Positions 13,020-26,550 are shown, numbered from the stretch's first letter. The stretch is 64,000 nucleotides of DNA from Geosiphon pyriformis uo1 (GCA_016748015.1 JAAOMT010000275.1:186001-250000), one strand, 5' to 3'. The notes: generated by a model not told the origin, from the sequence alone. Translations and numbers: made by a program.

Positions 13020-13800
13020 TATATTGAATTTTATTGAAATTTTTATTTTAAATTAACTCTATTAGTTTTTTTTCAATATTGTATATTCGATTCTGGCTTT
13101 TAGATCTTTAAATTAAGAGTTAATTATTTTTTTCTATTGGTTAACAGTTATTCTTTCTATTTTTAAATACAATAGTATTTTTGAGTGGTTTTAAAATATG
13201 ATATGTAATCAATAGATTGTTTTAATATATAGTATAGAATTTGTTTTTCTTTTAATAAAGTTTTTAATTTATTGTACTATTTATTAATTAAATGTTTTTT
13301 TAAATTTGTCTGTGTATAATTCCTGAATATTTAATTTTAGTCTTAACTAATAATAATAGTATACTCTTGAAAGTTGTTCTATTTATAATTTCCAATTTTT
13401 TTTAATTGATTTTTCTGTTGAAACAATACTTGGTATTTTCTTAAAAATGTTTTTTACTTTTTCTATAATCTTATCTGATCAGTAATTTGGTTGTTTTTGT
13501 AATTGTTAATATGGACTGAATTTTTTTTTTGTTTGTGTTTTTATAACAAATTATTTAGTAATTGATAATTATTTTTATGTTTAATTATTGTTAATTTATT
13601 GTCTGAAATAATTGTTGTATTAACATGTAAATATAATTTAAAATTTTTATTTTTTTATGATTGTTTTTGTTATATGTACTAATTTTTTATATATTGTTCT
13701 AATAATTTAGATTAATATGTTTGTTTTAATAAATATAATTAGTTCTAAATCTTATGGGATCTTATTTGGTTTAATTAGTATTTGTTGTATTTCCAGTTGT
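13020..13800 (-). pseudogene. Accessory ORF between integrase and PPT of element C (unknown function)
   Basis: Translates to ..TNSILYIKTIY*LHIIF*NHSKILL..RITVNQ*KKIINS*FKDLKARI, which aligns without gaps to pre-PPT segments at ~19.6-19.8 kb and ~20.8-21.0 kb. Confidence 0.65.
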
Positions 13801-13829
13801 GAAATATTATTAGTAAAAGATAATACTAT

Positions 13830-14960
13830 ATTATAATATGATTTTAGTTAATTATTATATACTGTTTTGGCTAAAATTTTGTTATTTTATTTAAATTTAT
13901 ATGCTTTATTTCTCAGAATTTCTTTTATATAAAATAAACCATTCTATTTGGAGTCAAATTTTTTATTCTATTGTTTTTTTGCTTTGGTATAATATAAAAG
14001 TATTTTGTTTTTAATCTTAAATTCAATTAATTTGTTTGATAATTAGTTATTATGTTATTTATTTTGTTTTTTCTGTAATCTTTGTATATTATTAACTGTT
14101 TGTTTTTTTTTTAGTGTTCTCATTAAGTAATAAGTTTTTTACAACAGTATTTTTTGAAAATTTGCTTTAGTTATTAGTTCTATTAAATATGTGTAAATAT
14201 CTATTTTTATTGATAATATTACTGTTTTACTATATATTAACTCACTTGGTATTGTTTGTGTAATATTTTGCTTTATTGTTCAATAAGCAAATAATACTGA
14301 TAATATAAACAAATTTTATTTGTTTTGGTTTTTTTGGCTGATTTTGGCTATTATTTTATATAATGTTCTATTGAATTTTTTGATTAAATTATTGGTTTAT
14401 GAATAATATAAAGATGATAAAAGTTTTTTAATTCCAAATTTTTGACTTAATTTTGTTAATATTCTGTTTACAAAATAAGTTTTTTGGTTTAACAACAATT
14501 TTTTTAAACATTTGTATTAACAAATCAAATTTTGGTATACAAATTCAGTTATGAATTTTGCATCTGCTTTTTAAATGGCTTTAATTTTTGGCTATTTTGT
14601 AAGATAGTTTATAACAACTGCTATATATTAGTTGCTTCTGCTGATTATTGTTAATAATTCAACTAAGTTAATCCCAATTCAATTAAATAATTGTTTTACT
14701 TTGATTGATTTTAGTGATTTACTGAGTCTGATTTTTTTTTTTGATATGTATTATAATTTTGAATATATTAGATAATGTTTGAATATATTGAGAGCCAATA
14801 ATATTTTTTTTTGGTTTTTTTTATAATAACTTTTTTATGAAAGTGTTTTGCTATTAAATCTGAGTGCATATTAAATAGTATTGTTTTTTTTCTGATTCTG
14901 TGATAACTCTGAATGTCTGGCTTGGTTTTTTTTGTTTTTTTAATATATATTTTTTGGTAA
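13830..14960 (-). pseudogene. Integrase of element C (HHCC, DDE core, GPY/F module), degenerate
   Basis: MHSDLIAKHF..YYWLSIY; IGINLVELL..YIAVVINYLTK*P; KFDSK*NGLFYI - Gypsy integrase motifs with G>A/C>T damage. Confidence 0.85.
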
Positions 14961-15099
14961 ATAATTAAGTATTTTAATTGTTGTTTTATGTTGTTTTGTT
15001 CTTTTTAAAATAATTTTTTCTTAAATTGTTAAGTATTAATATAATATTAAAGTTGTTAATATTTTTATATATTTATTTTTTAACTTATTTTTCTGGTTG

Positions 15100-16400
15100 A
15101 AAATATTTTAAATATATTTTATTTATAACAAACTATTAATTTCTTTTTTTTTCTTTTTTTATAGTGTACAATATATTAAAATAATGATTATTTTATTTTT
15201 TATTTTTACATATTAATTGTCTTTAAATTTTGTTTTTAAATTGATATTAATCTTTTATGGTCAGTATATATATTAAATTTCTAACTAAAATATTTTTTTT
15301 ATTTAATAATAATACAATAAATAGTCAAATATTTTAATACTGGAGTTTTATAGTTCTTTTTAGCTAATATATACTATTGAATATTTTAATTTATCTAATC
15401 TTCTTTGTAATAGTACAGCTTTCAATGTTTGGCCAGATGTATTAGTAGTAATAATAAATAACTTATTATAATTTAAATAAATTAATACTAAAACTTAAAT
15501 GGGTTTTTTTCTTAATATATAAAAGCTTTTTGTTGTTTTTCTATTCATTCAAATTTGGTGTTCTTGACTTGAAACTGGTAAAGTAATTGAACCAACTTAG
15601 AAAAGTTGGGAATAAAGTATTAATAGTACTTGGCAAATACCAAAAATAATTGGAGTTTAATAAAATTAGTGAATATTAAAAAGTTTTTAACTATTTTAAT
15701 CTTATTTAAATCTGTTTTAATGTTATTTTTGCTAATAATATGTTTCAAAAACTTGAGTTTTGTTTTTTCAAAAAAGCATTTAATAGCATTTAATTTTAAT
15801 TCTGCTTTTTTCAACTTTTTAAACACTTCTTAAAAATAATAAAGGTAATTATTAAATGTTTTGGAGAATATATTGGTGTTATTTAAGTAAACTATTACTA
15901 ATTTCTATAGCAATTCATTATAGACAATTTCTATTAGTTATTAAAAAGTGGCTGGAGTATTAATTAAGCCAAAAAATATAATTTCAAATTCAAAATTTTT
16001 TTTCTTATAGTAAATGCTTTTTTTTTATTAGTTAAATTTATGACTATTTATTAATAATTATTATTTAAGTTTAATGTGAAAAGTCATTTTTTTTCTCCAA
16101 GTGCATTAAATAATTTCTGAATAAGTAAAGTTGAATAATTGTTTTTACAAATAATATTGTTGAGTTTTCTATAATTTACATAAAACTAAATCTTTCTATT
16201 TTTTTTCTGAATAAATATAATTGATAATAACTATAGATTCATTAATAGTTGAATTAATTTATTGTTCAACATATGGTTGATTTCTTGATAAATAATTTTA
16301 TGGTTAATAAATAGTACTTAATATGTTTTTTGCTTAATTAATTTTATATTTTCAGTTTTAATCTAATGCTAAATAATATCAGTTCTGCTAAATTTATTTT
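15100..16400 (-). pseudogene. Reverse transcriptase and RNase H of element C, degenerate
   Basis: FFGLINTPATF, VYLNNTNIFSKTF (YLDD>YLNN), LKLNAIKCFF..KFLKHIIS; RNase H FIITTNTSG..AVL (from TDASG). Confidence 0.9.
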
Positions 16401-16904
16401 TACTTGCAAATATAGCAGTAAAATTGTTGAACAGTAATTTGATTTGCATGTGTTAAAGTGAGTCTAAATTTTTTAAATTTATTTGCTTTAATTGTTCTGA
16501 TTGTAGCAAGTAATATTTTTTTGTTTTTGAATTATTTGTAATGTAAAATCTATATATTTATACAGTTATGAAAAGTTTAAAATAGTAATAAGTAATGAAT
16601 TTTCGACTTTAGTATTTAAATATTCAATAGTAATTTTAATTGGTATTTTTATTGGGTTTTCAATTGTATTGTAAATTGAAATTCAAATGTGTTTATAATT
16701 TTTGGCTAATAAATATAAATTAGTAATAACAATCTTTTTTAATTTGTAAATAGTAAGTTCTACTTTAAAATTTTGTGGTTAGTCTTTTATTTTTCTTGTT
16801 ATTTTTAATATATATTAATTATATAACAGAATAGAAATTAGTTAATTAGTAGAAATAATTTTTCTCTAATTAATTATTTTTTTTACTGTTATATTAACTG
16901 ATAT

Positions 16905-17335
16905 TTTTATTTTTCTTGTTGACCCAAATTTATTAATTTCTTTTGCTATTATCTTTAACTTTTTTTTTATTTTAATTAATATTAATTAAGCAATTTTTAC
17001 CAAAAACAAGAATATTGCTTGTGCTATCTTTTCATTAAGTTTAATAAAATAGACTTTTTTAATTTATTTTGTAGTATTGTAATAATATTTCTTACATATC
17101 TTATGTTAATTATTTTTTTTCTAATTTTAATTATTTTTTTACTAAACTAGATCTAAAAACTAATTAAATTATTGTTGTTGCTAGAATTTCCAGTGCTATT
17201 TTTAAATTTATGCTAATATGCAAATAAGATTCTAATTTAATAGTCTTCTTTTTAGAATATTTGAATCAAACTCTGTATTAGTATTATAGATATGTTTTGG
17301 CATAATATTTTTATTACTATCACTAAATTATTTAA
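16905..17335 (-). pseudogene. dUTPase domain of element C, degenerate
   Basis: Motifs in dUTPase order: NTNTEFD (motif 1), LKIALEI..LVFRSSL (2), IINIRYVRNI (3), NEKIAQAIF (4), EINKFGST (5). Confidence 0.8.
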
Positions 17336-18439
17336 GTTTTTGCTTTATGAAAAAATCTGAAAGTGTAATATAATATTTAAAATTTAAATTAGTATTGGAA
17401 TTATTATTATTATTGTTATTGTAAACAGCATTAGAACTGTTATTGTTGTTATTATTGAAGTTTAAATTGTAATTAATTACTAATTCTGATTCTAAGATTT
17501 ACTTACTAATTGGTTTTTTTTTAAAAATTAAATAAATTATGTACAGTAATAAATTATAAATAAGGTTACATTTATCACAATATTCGAATTTACTAAAAAT
17601 TAAACAATATTTACTAAGTCTAGTGTTTAATTGCTCTAAATGCTGCTTTTGTTTTTTTTGAATAAATATTAATTTTTGATAATACTTGTAAAATTGTTTT
17701 GAATTGTTTATGATATTAATAAAGATATTCAAATTTGGAATAAGAATAAATTTAATAGATTCTAGTAGATTGTTTTTAATTTCTAATATTTTATTTAAAG
17801 ATATATCTTTAATTTTGGTAGTTATTATTTTCCAAATTTTGTCTTTGTTATATAAATAACTATTCAAGTATAAAAGAACTCTGTTTTATGTGGTATTTAT
17901 AAAACATTTTTTTGTTTATCTAGTTATTAATAAAAATTATATATTAACATAATTTATTGTATGTTTTTCTATGACCAGAAATGTTATTTCATATTTCTTT
18001 GTCTGGAAAAATTTTTTGTAAATAAAGCAAAATTTATTGTTCTATTTTTTCTGTCATTTTAATTGTTCAAAGTATTTTTGGTAGTATGTTTTACAGTAAT
18101 AACAAATATGTATTTTGTATTTTTTTTTTGATAATATACAAGCTCTTATAAATAAAAGCTTTTTGTTGCAATTCTTGTATTTAAATGGAATATAGAATGG
18201 TTGTTTTCTTGGCTTTAGTATTGAATATAGAATATACCAACTGTTAATTGTTTTATTTAGAAAGATAAAAATGTATAAAATATAGATAAAAATAATAGCT
18301 TTGAGATTATTTGCTTTTTTTTTTTTTTTTCTTTTCAGATAGATATTAGTAACAACTTATTATGTTTTTTTTGGCCCATAAGACTTAATAGACTTATTAA
18401 ATAAGTTTTTTTTTTAAACTTAATCAATAATTGTTTTTT

Positions 18440-18583
18440 TGAATAAGTTTTAAAATAACTACAAGTAGTTAGTACTCAATCTTGTTGATCATTATAGTTA
18501 AATTAAAGCTCCTAAATATTCCAATTAAACACAGTATTGGTTTTGAACAGCCAGTTATTATTAACAAAAACTTAATACTATGT
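18440..18583 (-). pseudogene. C-terminal part of the retropepsin protease of element C
   Basis: Y*VFVNNNWLFKTNTVFNW resembles the retropepsin LLGxDWL motif. The N-terminal half is missing beyond the 18584 insertion. Confidence 0.6.
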
Positions 18584-21500
18584 TGTTATAGATAAACTTG
18601 ATAAGATATAATATTAACATTTGGTGTTTTGAGTTTAGATATAGGGAGCTTGAAATTTTTTTTGTAAATACATAAAACATATTAGAGTTATTAGTTTATA
18701 AAGATTTATTATAGATAAAAATTTATCTATAAAGTTTTTTGATTATAAGACACAAAAAAATGATTTGGCTGTTTGCTGTTTATATAATTGAGCTATTTTC
18801 TTTAAGTTAATCAAACATAATTATTAAGGTTTAGTAGTGTCTTTTTGTCTTTTTAATAAACTACTAAGATAACATTAATATTCAATCCTAATAGGAATTT
18901 TTTTCTTTTATCAAACTATCACAAAGTCTATTTTTAGACAGTTGATTTTACAATATTACTATTTCACAAGAAAAATAAGTAAAAAAAAAGAAAAAATGAA
19001 AAATAAATAAAATAAAAAGAAATTAGTATTATTAATTGTTATAATCAAAAGCAATTGGTTTAAGTTATTACTGTTCTAAGATGTTTTATGCTAAGAGCAT
19101 TTAGTTAAAAATAAAGATAAGAGAAATTATTAATTTAGATTAAACACAAAAATCTATGAGTTATGTGTAAGTGATTTGGTTTTAAATATTTTTTTTATTT
19201 AAAATAATATAAGTATAAGATATAAAATATAGATAAAAAAATATTCATTCTTATCTATTTGTCTTTTTTTATTTTTTAAAACTACTTGTTTTTATATATA
19301 TTTTTTAGTTTTACAAAATTGTTTTTAATCATCTTGTTATTGTTAATTATTATTTGTTATTTCTCTTATTGTTTTATTTTTTTACATTATTATTAATTAT
19401 CTTAAGTTCTGACTAGTTATTTTGTGCTTATTATATTATTGTATTTTTGTATTGTATTATTCTAAATTATTACATGTTTTTTTATATATTTTTTTTTATA
19501 ATTTCAGATTAATCTTTTTACTGAATAATATTATCTTTCTTTTTTTAGAATTAAGCTTTTGTGAAATTATATGTATTTATAAAATTTATATTTTTTATGT
19601 AGTGTTTAATTGTAGTGTTAAGTATTGTTTTTTATAAATCTTTAAATTGTGATTTTGTTATTTGTTTTATGCTATTAACTATAATAGTTTTTAATACACT
19701 ATTTAGTAATATGACTAAATAGTATTTAAACATAGTATACAATCAGTATATTGTTTTATAATACAATATTAGATTGTTTTTTTAACAAATTTTTCTATTT
19801 GTTTAAGAGTTTTTCTGTTAAATATTTGTTTGTTAATGTTATTACCAAAGATTTTTAGTTTTTTTTCTTAAATGTTATTAATATCTGTTTGCTGTTAATT
19901 TACATTTTCTAAAAGCAGTTAAATCTTTAATAATTAAATTTATCTTCAAATTATTTTTTATAATTTAAACTGTTAAACTTATAAATAGAATAGCCAATTC
20001 TATACCAGTTACTTTGTAGTTACTTTGTAGTAAAAGTTAACTTTTTTCCAGAAATTGCTCATCTAAAAACTCACTAAAAATATATAGTAACTTTGCTGTA
20101 AAAGTCAACTCTTTTACAAAAATCTTGTTTGTAGGCTACTTTAATGATTATAATAAGAAAATAAAAGAAAATAAAAAAAATGTAAAAGAATTAGAATTTT
20201 ATTAAGAGAATTGTTTTTTATTTAGATCTGAAATCACTAATAGTTTATTAAAATTAGTAGCTAATTAATTTTAAAATGTTAGTTGGGTTTTAGAAAATGT
20301 TAAGTGCAATTATTTTAAAAATTGGTTTTCAAAGTATATTTTTATTTTGAATTGTATTAATGAGGATAAATCTAAAAGTAAAATATTTATAGTAAGATAT
20401 ATTTTCTTGAAGAAAGAAACTTTTTTTTTATACAATTTGTTATAATATTAGTTTATGAACTTGAACTTTTTTCTTTACTATAATTTAGACAAACTAAAAA
20501 TATATTTTAATAAGCTACAAGTTATTTCAACAAACTATCAATTATTTTAGTGTATTATCTATTATTTTGGCAAATTTTTGAATATTATATAATTTGAAGT
20601 ATTGTGTAATTTGATTATCCTAATTTTTATTGTACAAATTGGATTATTAATTAAATAATAAGTAATAATTAAAATAATATTAATATATACTAATTAATGA
20701 TAGGAATTATAAGAGTAATTTCATGCTAATTAATGGCTAAAATTTTACTAATAACATAATTTTTTTTTTAAGACTAAGTTTTATTAAAGTTTAAATACTA
20801 TCTGTGATTTCAAGATAGTAGTTCAAAATTATTAAAATAATTTGGTCTGAAAATTGTTAAAATTTCAGTTTTGTGAGTTTATTAATATATTAAATCTTTA
20901 TTGGTTGGAATATTGGATTTTGTAAAACGTTTTCACAAGTATTAAATAGGTCATAGAGTTTAAAAACTGCTCTAAGTTTGTAACAAGTGTTTGTTAGTCT
21001 AGTTGCTGTTTTGAATTTATTGTGAATTTGTTTTTGTATTGTTTCAAAAATAAGGTTTGTTGTTTCAAATTCTAGTTTTTATTTATAAAGTATTCTTTCA
21101 ATATAAAAATATCTAAAAATAGAGATATATTCTTGGCTTTGTTTATTAAAATACAATTAAAGTTTTTTTTGAGTTGTAGTATTTGGTAAAATATTAATAA
21201 AAATAAATAAAAATTTTTTTTTAAAGCTTGCTTCAAAAGTTTTAATAATTAAATTTCAGATCTAAGTTGTTACTGCTTTAAAGCATTTTATGCTAAGAGC
21301 ATTTGACCAGAAACAAAGATAAAAAAAATGATTAATTTAAGTTAAATACAGGAATTTATGAATTATATGTGAGTAATTTGGTTTTAAATATTTTTTTATT
21401 TAAGATAAGATAGATATAAAATAAGAATATAGATAAAAAAATATTTGTTTTTATCTATTTATTTTTATATATTTTTTAAAATTACTTGTTTTTATATATT

Positions 21501-21765
21501 TTATTTAATTCTATAAGATTGTTTTTGATTATCTTATTATTGCTAACTACTATTTGTTATTTCTGTTGTTGTTTTATTTTTTATATTATTATTAGTCATT
21601 CAAAGTTCTAACTAATTATTTTGTGCTTATTATATTATTATATTTTTGTATTATATTATCTTAAGTTATTACATGCTTTTTTGTTTTATTTTGTTTTATC
21701 ATATTTTTTTTATATTATTACGTTTTTTTTCATAATTTTAAATTAGTTTTTTTACTCAGGTAATA
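18584..21765 (-). mobile_element. Nested cluster: family-A LTR 18584-19530 with 3' internal region (element D), another LTR type ~19873-20756 with 3' internal region to ~21265 (element E), truncated family-A LTR ~21266-21765
   Basis: TGTTATAGATAAAC start at 18584; LTR ends next to PPT-like tracts at 19530 and 20756; 21266-21765 repeats ~19060-19530. Confidence 0.7.
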
Positions 21766-23894
21766 TTAGACTTGTGTATTGTTTTCTTTGTTAATAAATT
21801 TTTTTAGTTTTGTAATTAGAATATAAGCTATTAATACTAATAGTTATTGTTGTAATTATTGAAAAGTGGTTATTAGTACAACTAAAAAATTAATTTGGAT
21901 GATTGAAGATAAAGTTTGCTGAATAATAGAAGTTAAATATGGATTTTTTGGATTTTGTTGGACTTAAACAATCAAAATTGAACTATTCAATTTATTTAAA
22001 ATTGGGTTTTGCCTATTATTTTCTTAATTACTATCTTTTTTTTCTGATTTGTTATTTGCCCAATTATTAATAGATCTGAAATTAAGTTAAAACAACAATT
22101 AAAATTCTAATGATATTGTTAATTGTAACTTAAATCTTTTAAAGTAATTACTATAGATTCTTAACAGTTTAGATTTTTTTTAATTGGTTTAAAACAGAAT
22201 TTTTGCAATAATTAATTTCACTATCAATAATAATACAAATTTTGATAATATATTAATAGTATTTTTTATTATATAATAATATGATAAATGTAATAAGAAA
22301 ACAACTTTGGGTTTTTTTAGTTAGGTAGTTGTATTGGTTTAAGTATACTTGTTTTGTCTTTGTCTAAAAATATAATTGGAAATTTTTGCTAAGTGTATTT
22401 TTCAATTTTGTAATTTATTTTAGTGATAATTGGAGTAAAATTATAATTTTGTAGTAAACCAATGTATTGAAGTAATTTGTTGTAAAAAAATTTTTTTGTT
22501 AATTTAAAATCTGCTTGTTTTTTTAAAAAATGTATAATTTTTTTGTTGATGCAAAAATTGGAGACTGATTCAGCTAAAAAATAATTGTTAGTTAATTCTA
22601 ACTGTTGTTAGTATTGTTGAAATAAAAATTTTGCAAATTCTAAGTAATTTGTTTTTATAACTTCTAAGTCTTCTTTTTTTAGATAGTTAATATAATGCTT
22701 GTTTTCTGTTGAATTATACTTTACAAAAAGCACCAAATATTACAGATAATTATTTAAGATGTTAAATAAATAACAGACTAGTAATTTAATACTCAATAGT
22801 TATTTTTAATATTAATTTTTAGATTTTTAGCTCTGAAAGTTTTGGTTAAATTTTTTGTATAATAAATAAAAATTTACTTAATAATTATTTTTCTGAATTT
22901 TTTTTTAGCATAAAAACTAATTTAATTTAACAGTCATGCCCTTTTGGTAAGTTATCTTTAAGTTTTTATCTTTGTTTTACAGGTTTTTTATTAGACTATC
23001 TTTAATATTAATATCTTAGTGCTTAATTTTTTGATTAGTAAACAATAAAGAAACAAAATAAAATAAAATAAGAAGTTAACATCTTATTAATAGCTATAAT
23101 TAGAAACTATTAGTCCAGTATAATTAAGTAACAGATGTTATCAGTATGAATTACTAATAGAATTAGGAAATAACAATATTAATTTAATAAAAAAAAAACA
23201 TAAATTAAATAATAAAATAATAATTTTATTTAATATTTAAATAATTTTACTTTAAGATATAAAAAACTATTTTTTAAAAAAAAAGATATGCTATAAATAT
23301 TTATTGTTTACTAATTAATTAAAAATTTGTTTAAGTCTTTTTTTATTTTTAATATACTATTATATATACTAAATTTATATAAGATTTTACATATTCCTAC
23401 TTTTTTTTATACTTTTTTTTAGAATTGTGCTCATTTTTGAAAATATGCTTATTTTTTTATAAATGTATATATTCTTAAAAATGTGTTGTAATTTCTTAAA
23501 AATATACTTACATATTGAATATTATTTTTCTATTGGCTTATTTTTATAATCTGTTTTCCTATTTTTTTTCTTGTATTTTTTTTTATAAGTAATAATATAC
23601 AAAAGAATATAAAAAATATTAAATACTTAATATAATAAATAAAAAAACTATATATTGTAATATTATTACCAATTTAAGTCATAATTTTTTTTATAATTAC
23701 ATATAATTATAATCTACAAATCAATATAAATTGCATCTTTGTAAAACACAATAGTGAATTATATATATATATATATAATATTAAATATTTTTGTTATAAA
23801 AAAATTTACTATATTAAATATGTCTTAAAAAAATTTTTTCTAAATATTAAAAAAAAGAGATTATTTTAACAAAAAAGTTAAGACATATAAACAA

Positions 23895-24862
23895 TGTTAC
23901 CTAAATATAAAAACTAATTCAAAATTATGGAAAAAACATAACCAAAAATATGATGACATAAAATAATACAGAATAATATGAAAAAACACAGAATAACATA
24001 AAATAACATTTTATAATATAATATAACACATAATAATATAAGATAATATATTATAACATAGTATAATAAGTAATAACATAAGATAATATGTCATAACATA
24101 GTATAACTAGCAATAATATAGAAAAACAAAATAATAACAGAAATAACAAAGCAATTAAAAACAATTCTGTAAAACAAAATGAATATATAAAAATAAATAG
24201 CTGTAGAAGTTAGAAAAACATCCAGAGAGAAAATTAGACTTTTAGAAGTTAATTAGACTTACAGATTATAATTATTAAATATTTTTTCTTTCAAGAATAG
24301 TTCCTATCAACTGAAATGAAATTATATTAATAAAATATTTTTTCAATTTTTCAAATTCATGTTATTATCTACTACTTAATCTGCTGGCACAATAGCTTTT
24401 GATTATGGCTATTGACAAGACATTTATTTCTTATTTTATTTTTATTATTTCATTATTTTCTTTTATTTTCTCTTGTGGAATGGCAATATAGAAAAATTGA
24501 TTGTCTGAAAATAGACTTTGTAATAGCTTAGTAAAAGAGAGAAGCTCTCCCTAAGTTTAAATATTAACATTATCTTGATAGCTTACCAGAAAAGCATAAA
24601 GACACTGCCAGACCTTAACAACTGCACTTGTTAGTTCAGAAAAAATAGCTTATATTACTTACAAGAAGTTATAACACTATGAAACATATCTCTGTGCCTT
24701 ATAACCAAAGAACTCTACAGATAAATTTATAATAATCAAACAGATTTTCAGAGACCGATAACATTGACACAACAAACCAGTCTACTAAAAAAAAATCATC
24801 AAAAGCTTTCCAGAAACCCAAATCTTAAACACTAAATATTACCACTAAGTTTACCCATAACA
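23895..24862 (+). mobile_element. Solo LTR, family A
   Basis: TGTTACC...CCCATAACA; reverse complement of 6946-7900; flanks ACAA/ACAG (TSD with one transition). Confidence 0.88.
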
Positions 24863-26550
24863 ACAGTAAAATTTTTATGACTATTAGATATTCATATTTT
24901 TCTGTAATACATATATAAAAATTATACAAATTAAAAAAACTTTCTAAGAAATAAATAGACTAACCACAAATTTTTAATAAATACATATGTAAACAATTCA
25001 AATATTTAATAATAGAGAATAAAAAAATTTGTTCTCAAACTTTTTTTTAAATACAATTGAATTTTATTAAAGATATCAATAAATTTATTTCTATATAAAT
25101 TATTCAAAATAAATTATTTTAAAAAAAACTTTGCTTGTGTATTTCTTGTTTTAAGTTATTAATTTTTAAATCAAATAAAAAAAATGTTTACAATAGACTT
25201 GTACTTATGAAAATTAAACAATAAAAAATTTTAAATAAGTTGTTTAATCAAATAAATATATATATACAATTTAAAACTACAAGATTTGAACATATATAAC
25301 ATAAATTTTTTAAAAAATTTCATAAAAATTGTATTACAATCACAGTTAAAAAAAGCTTTAATTGCATATTTTGAGAATGTTTTTTATGAATTGGTTTGAG
25401 TTCTTTGGTTTTTTTAATTGGTCATATTATTAAAGTTATATACTATAAAATTTTGGTTGATTATGTAATTTTTACAGTAAAACTTTATATAAAAAAAACT
25501 AAAAAAAAGTTTTTTTTAGAAAAACAATACACTAATTCATATATTAAAAGTTGTATATTTTTTTTTTAAATGTTGAATTACTTTTTTGGCCAATACAAAG
25601 TCTTAATATTACTTTAATAAAAAATTTTTGATTATATATTAAGATTAAATTTTATTAATATAATTTACAATTTTTAAATATTATATAATTAAAACAATAA
25701 ATTAAGGAAGAATGAAATATAATATATATAAATTACTATTATAATTTAATTAAGTTTATGTTATATTAAGTTCAAACCATTTTTAAAACAAATAAGATTA
25801 AACAAAATATTAACATGTATTTTAATAAAATAATAAAAAATTAATGATTCATAAATTAGTTTTTTTATATAATATATTATAAAAGTATTCAATATTTTTT
25901 ATATCTTTTTGTATATAGCTTTTATAAATATTTTTACTGAAATTTTTTTAATTATTATAATCTAATTTGTATAATTGTTTATTAAATACTTAAAATTGCT
26001 ATTAATATTTATTTTATTGCTTTTAACCAAATTTGATGCTTTTAATACAGTTTTTTAATATAAGAGTTATATAAATAATTTTATTAAATTTTAAAAAAGT
26101 AAAAGTTTTTTTAAAATTATTTATATTAGAAAATAATTTTCTGATAGTTTTTAATTTTTTTAAAAATAAAAAATTTCTTAATATTTATTTTTATACTAAC
26201 TTTAAGATAAAAATAAAAAAAATTTAGAATTTTTATTTATATTAAATTTAAAAAAATTGAAAAAAAATCTTTTATTATACTAATATTGATTTTTATAATA
26301 ATAAAAATATTTAAAACAGATTTTAAGAAGCTTTTTTATTATTATTAAATCTGTTATTATTATTAACTAAAAAAATATTGATATTTTTACTACTTAATTT
26401 ATTTTTTATATTAAAAAACATCTTAGTATTTTTTAAAGATTTAGTTAGAAATAAATTTTTTTTATTATTTAAATATTTTATATTGCTAATTAAAACACTT
26501 TTTTTTTAAAAAAATATTATTTATAAAATTATAATAAATTTTTTTAGTTA

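Larger units (their letters stand above)
12115..23594 (-). mobile_element. Degenerate Ty3/Gypsy LTR retrotransposon C (LTRs 12115-13005 and 22738-23594), interrupted at 18584-21765; probably chimeric
   Basis: Similar ~0.87-kb terminal repeats, PBS TGGTGC.. next to 22738, PPT remnant next to 13005. Gag-position coding remnant at ~21.8-22.7 kb; PR, dUTPase, RT, RH, IN remnants in Gypsy order. Confidence 0.85.

Noticed and set aside
12111-23598. GTAT/ATAT as a true TSD of element C
   Set aside because: Sequences beyond the two LTRs do not appear contiguous, so the match may be chance or shared target preference.
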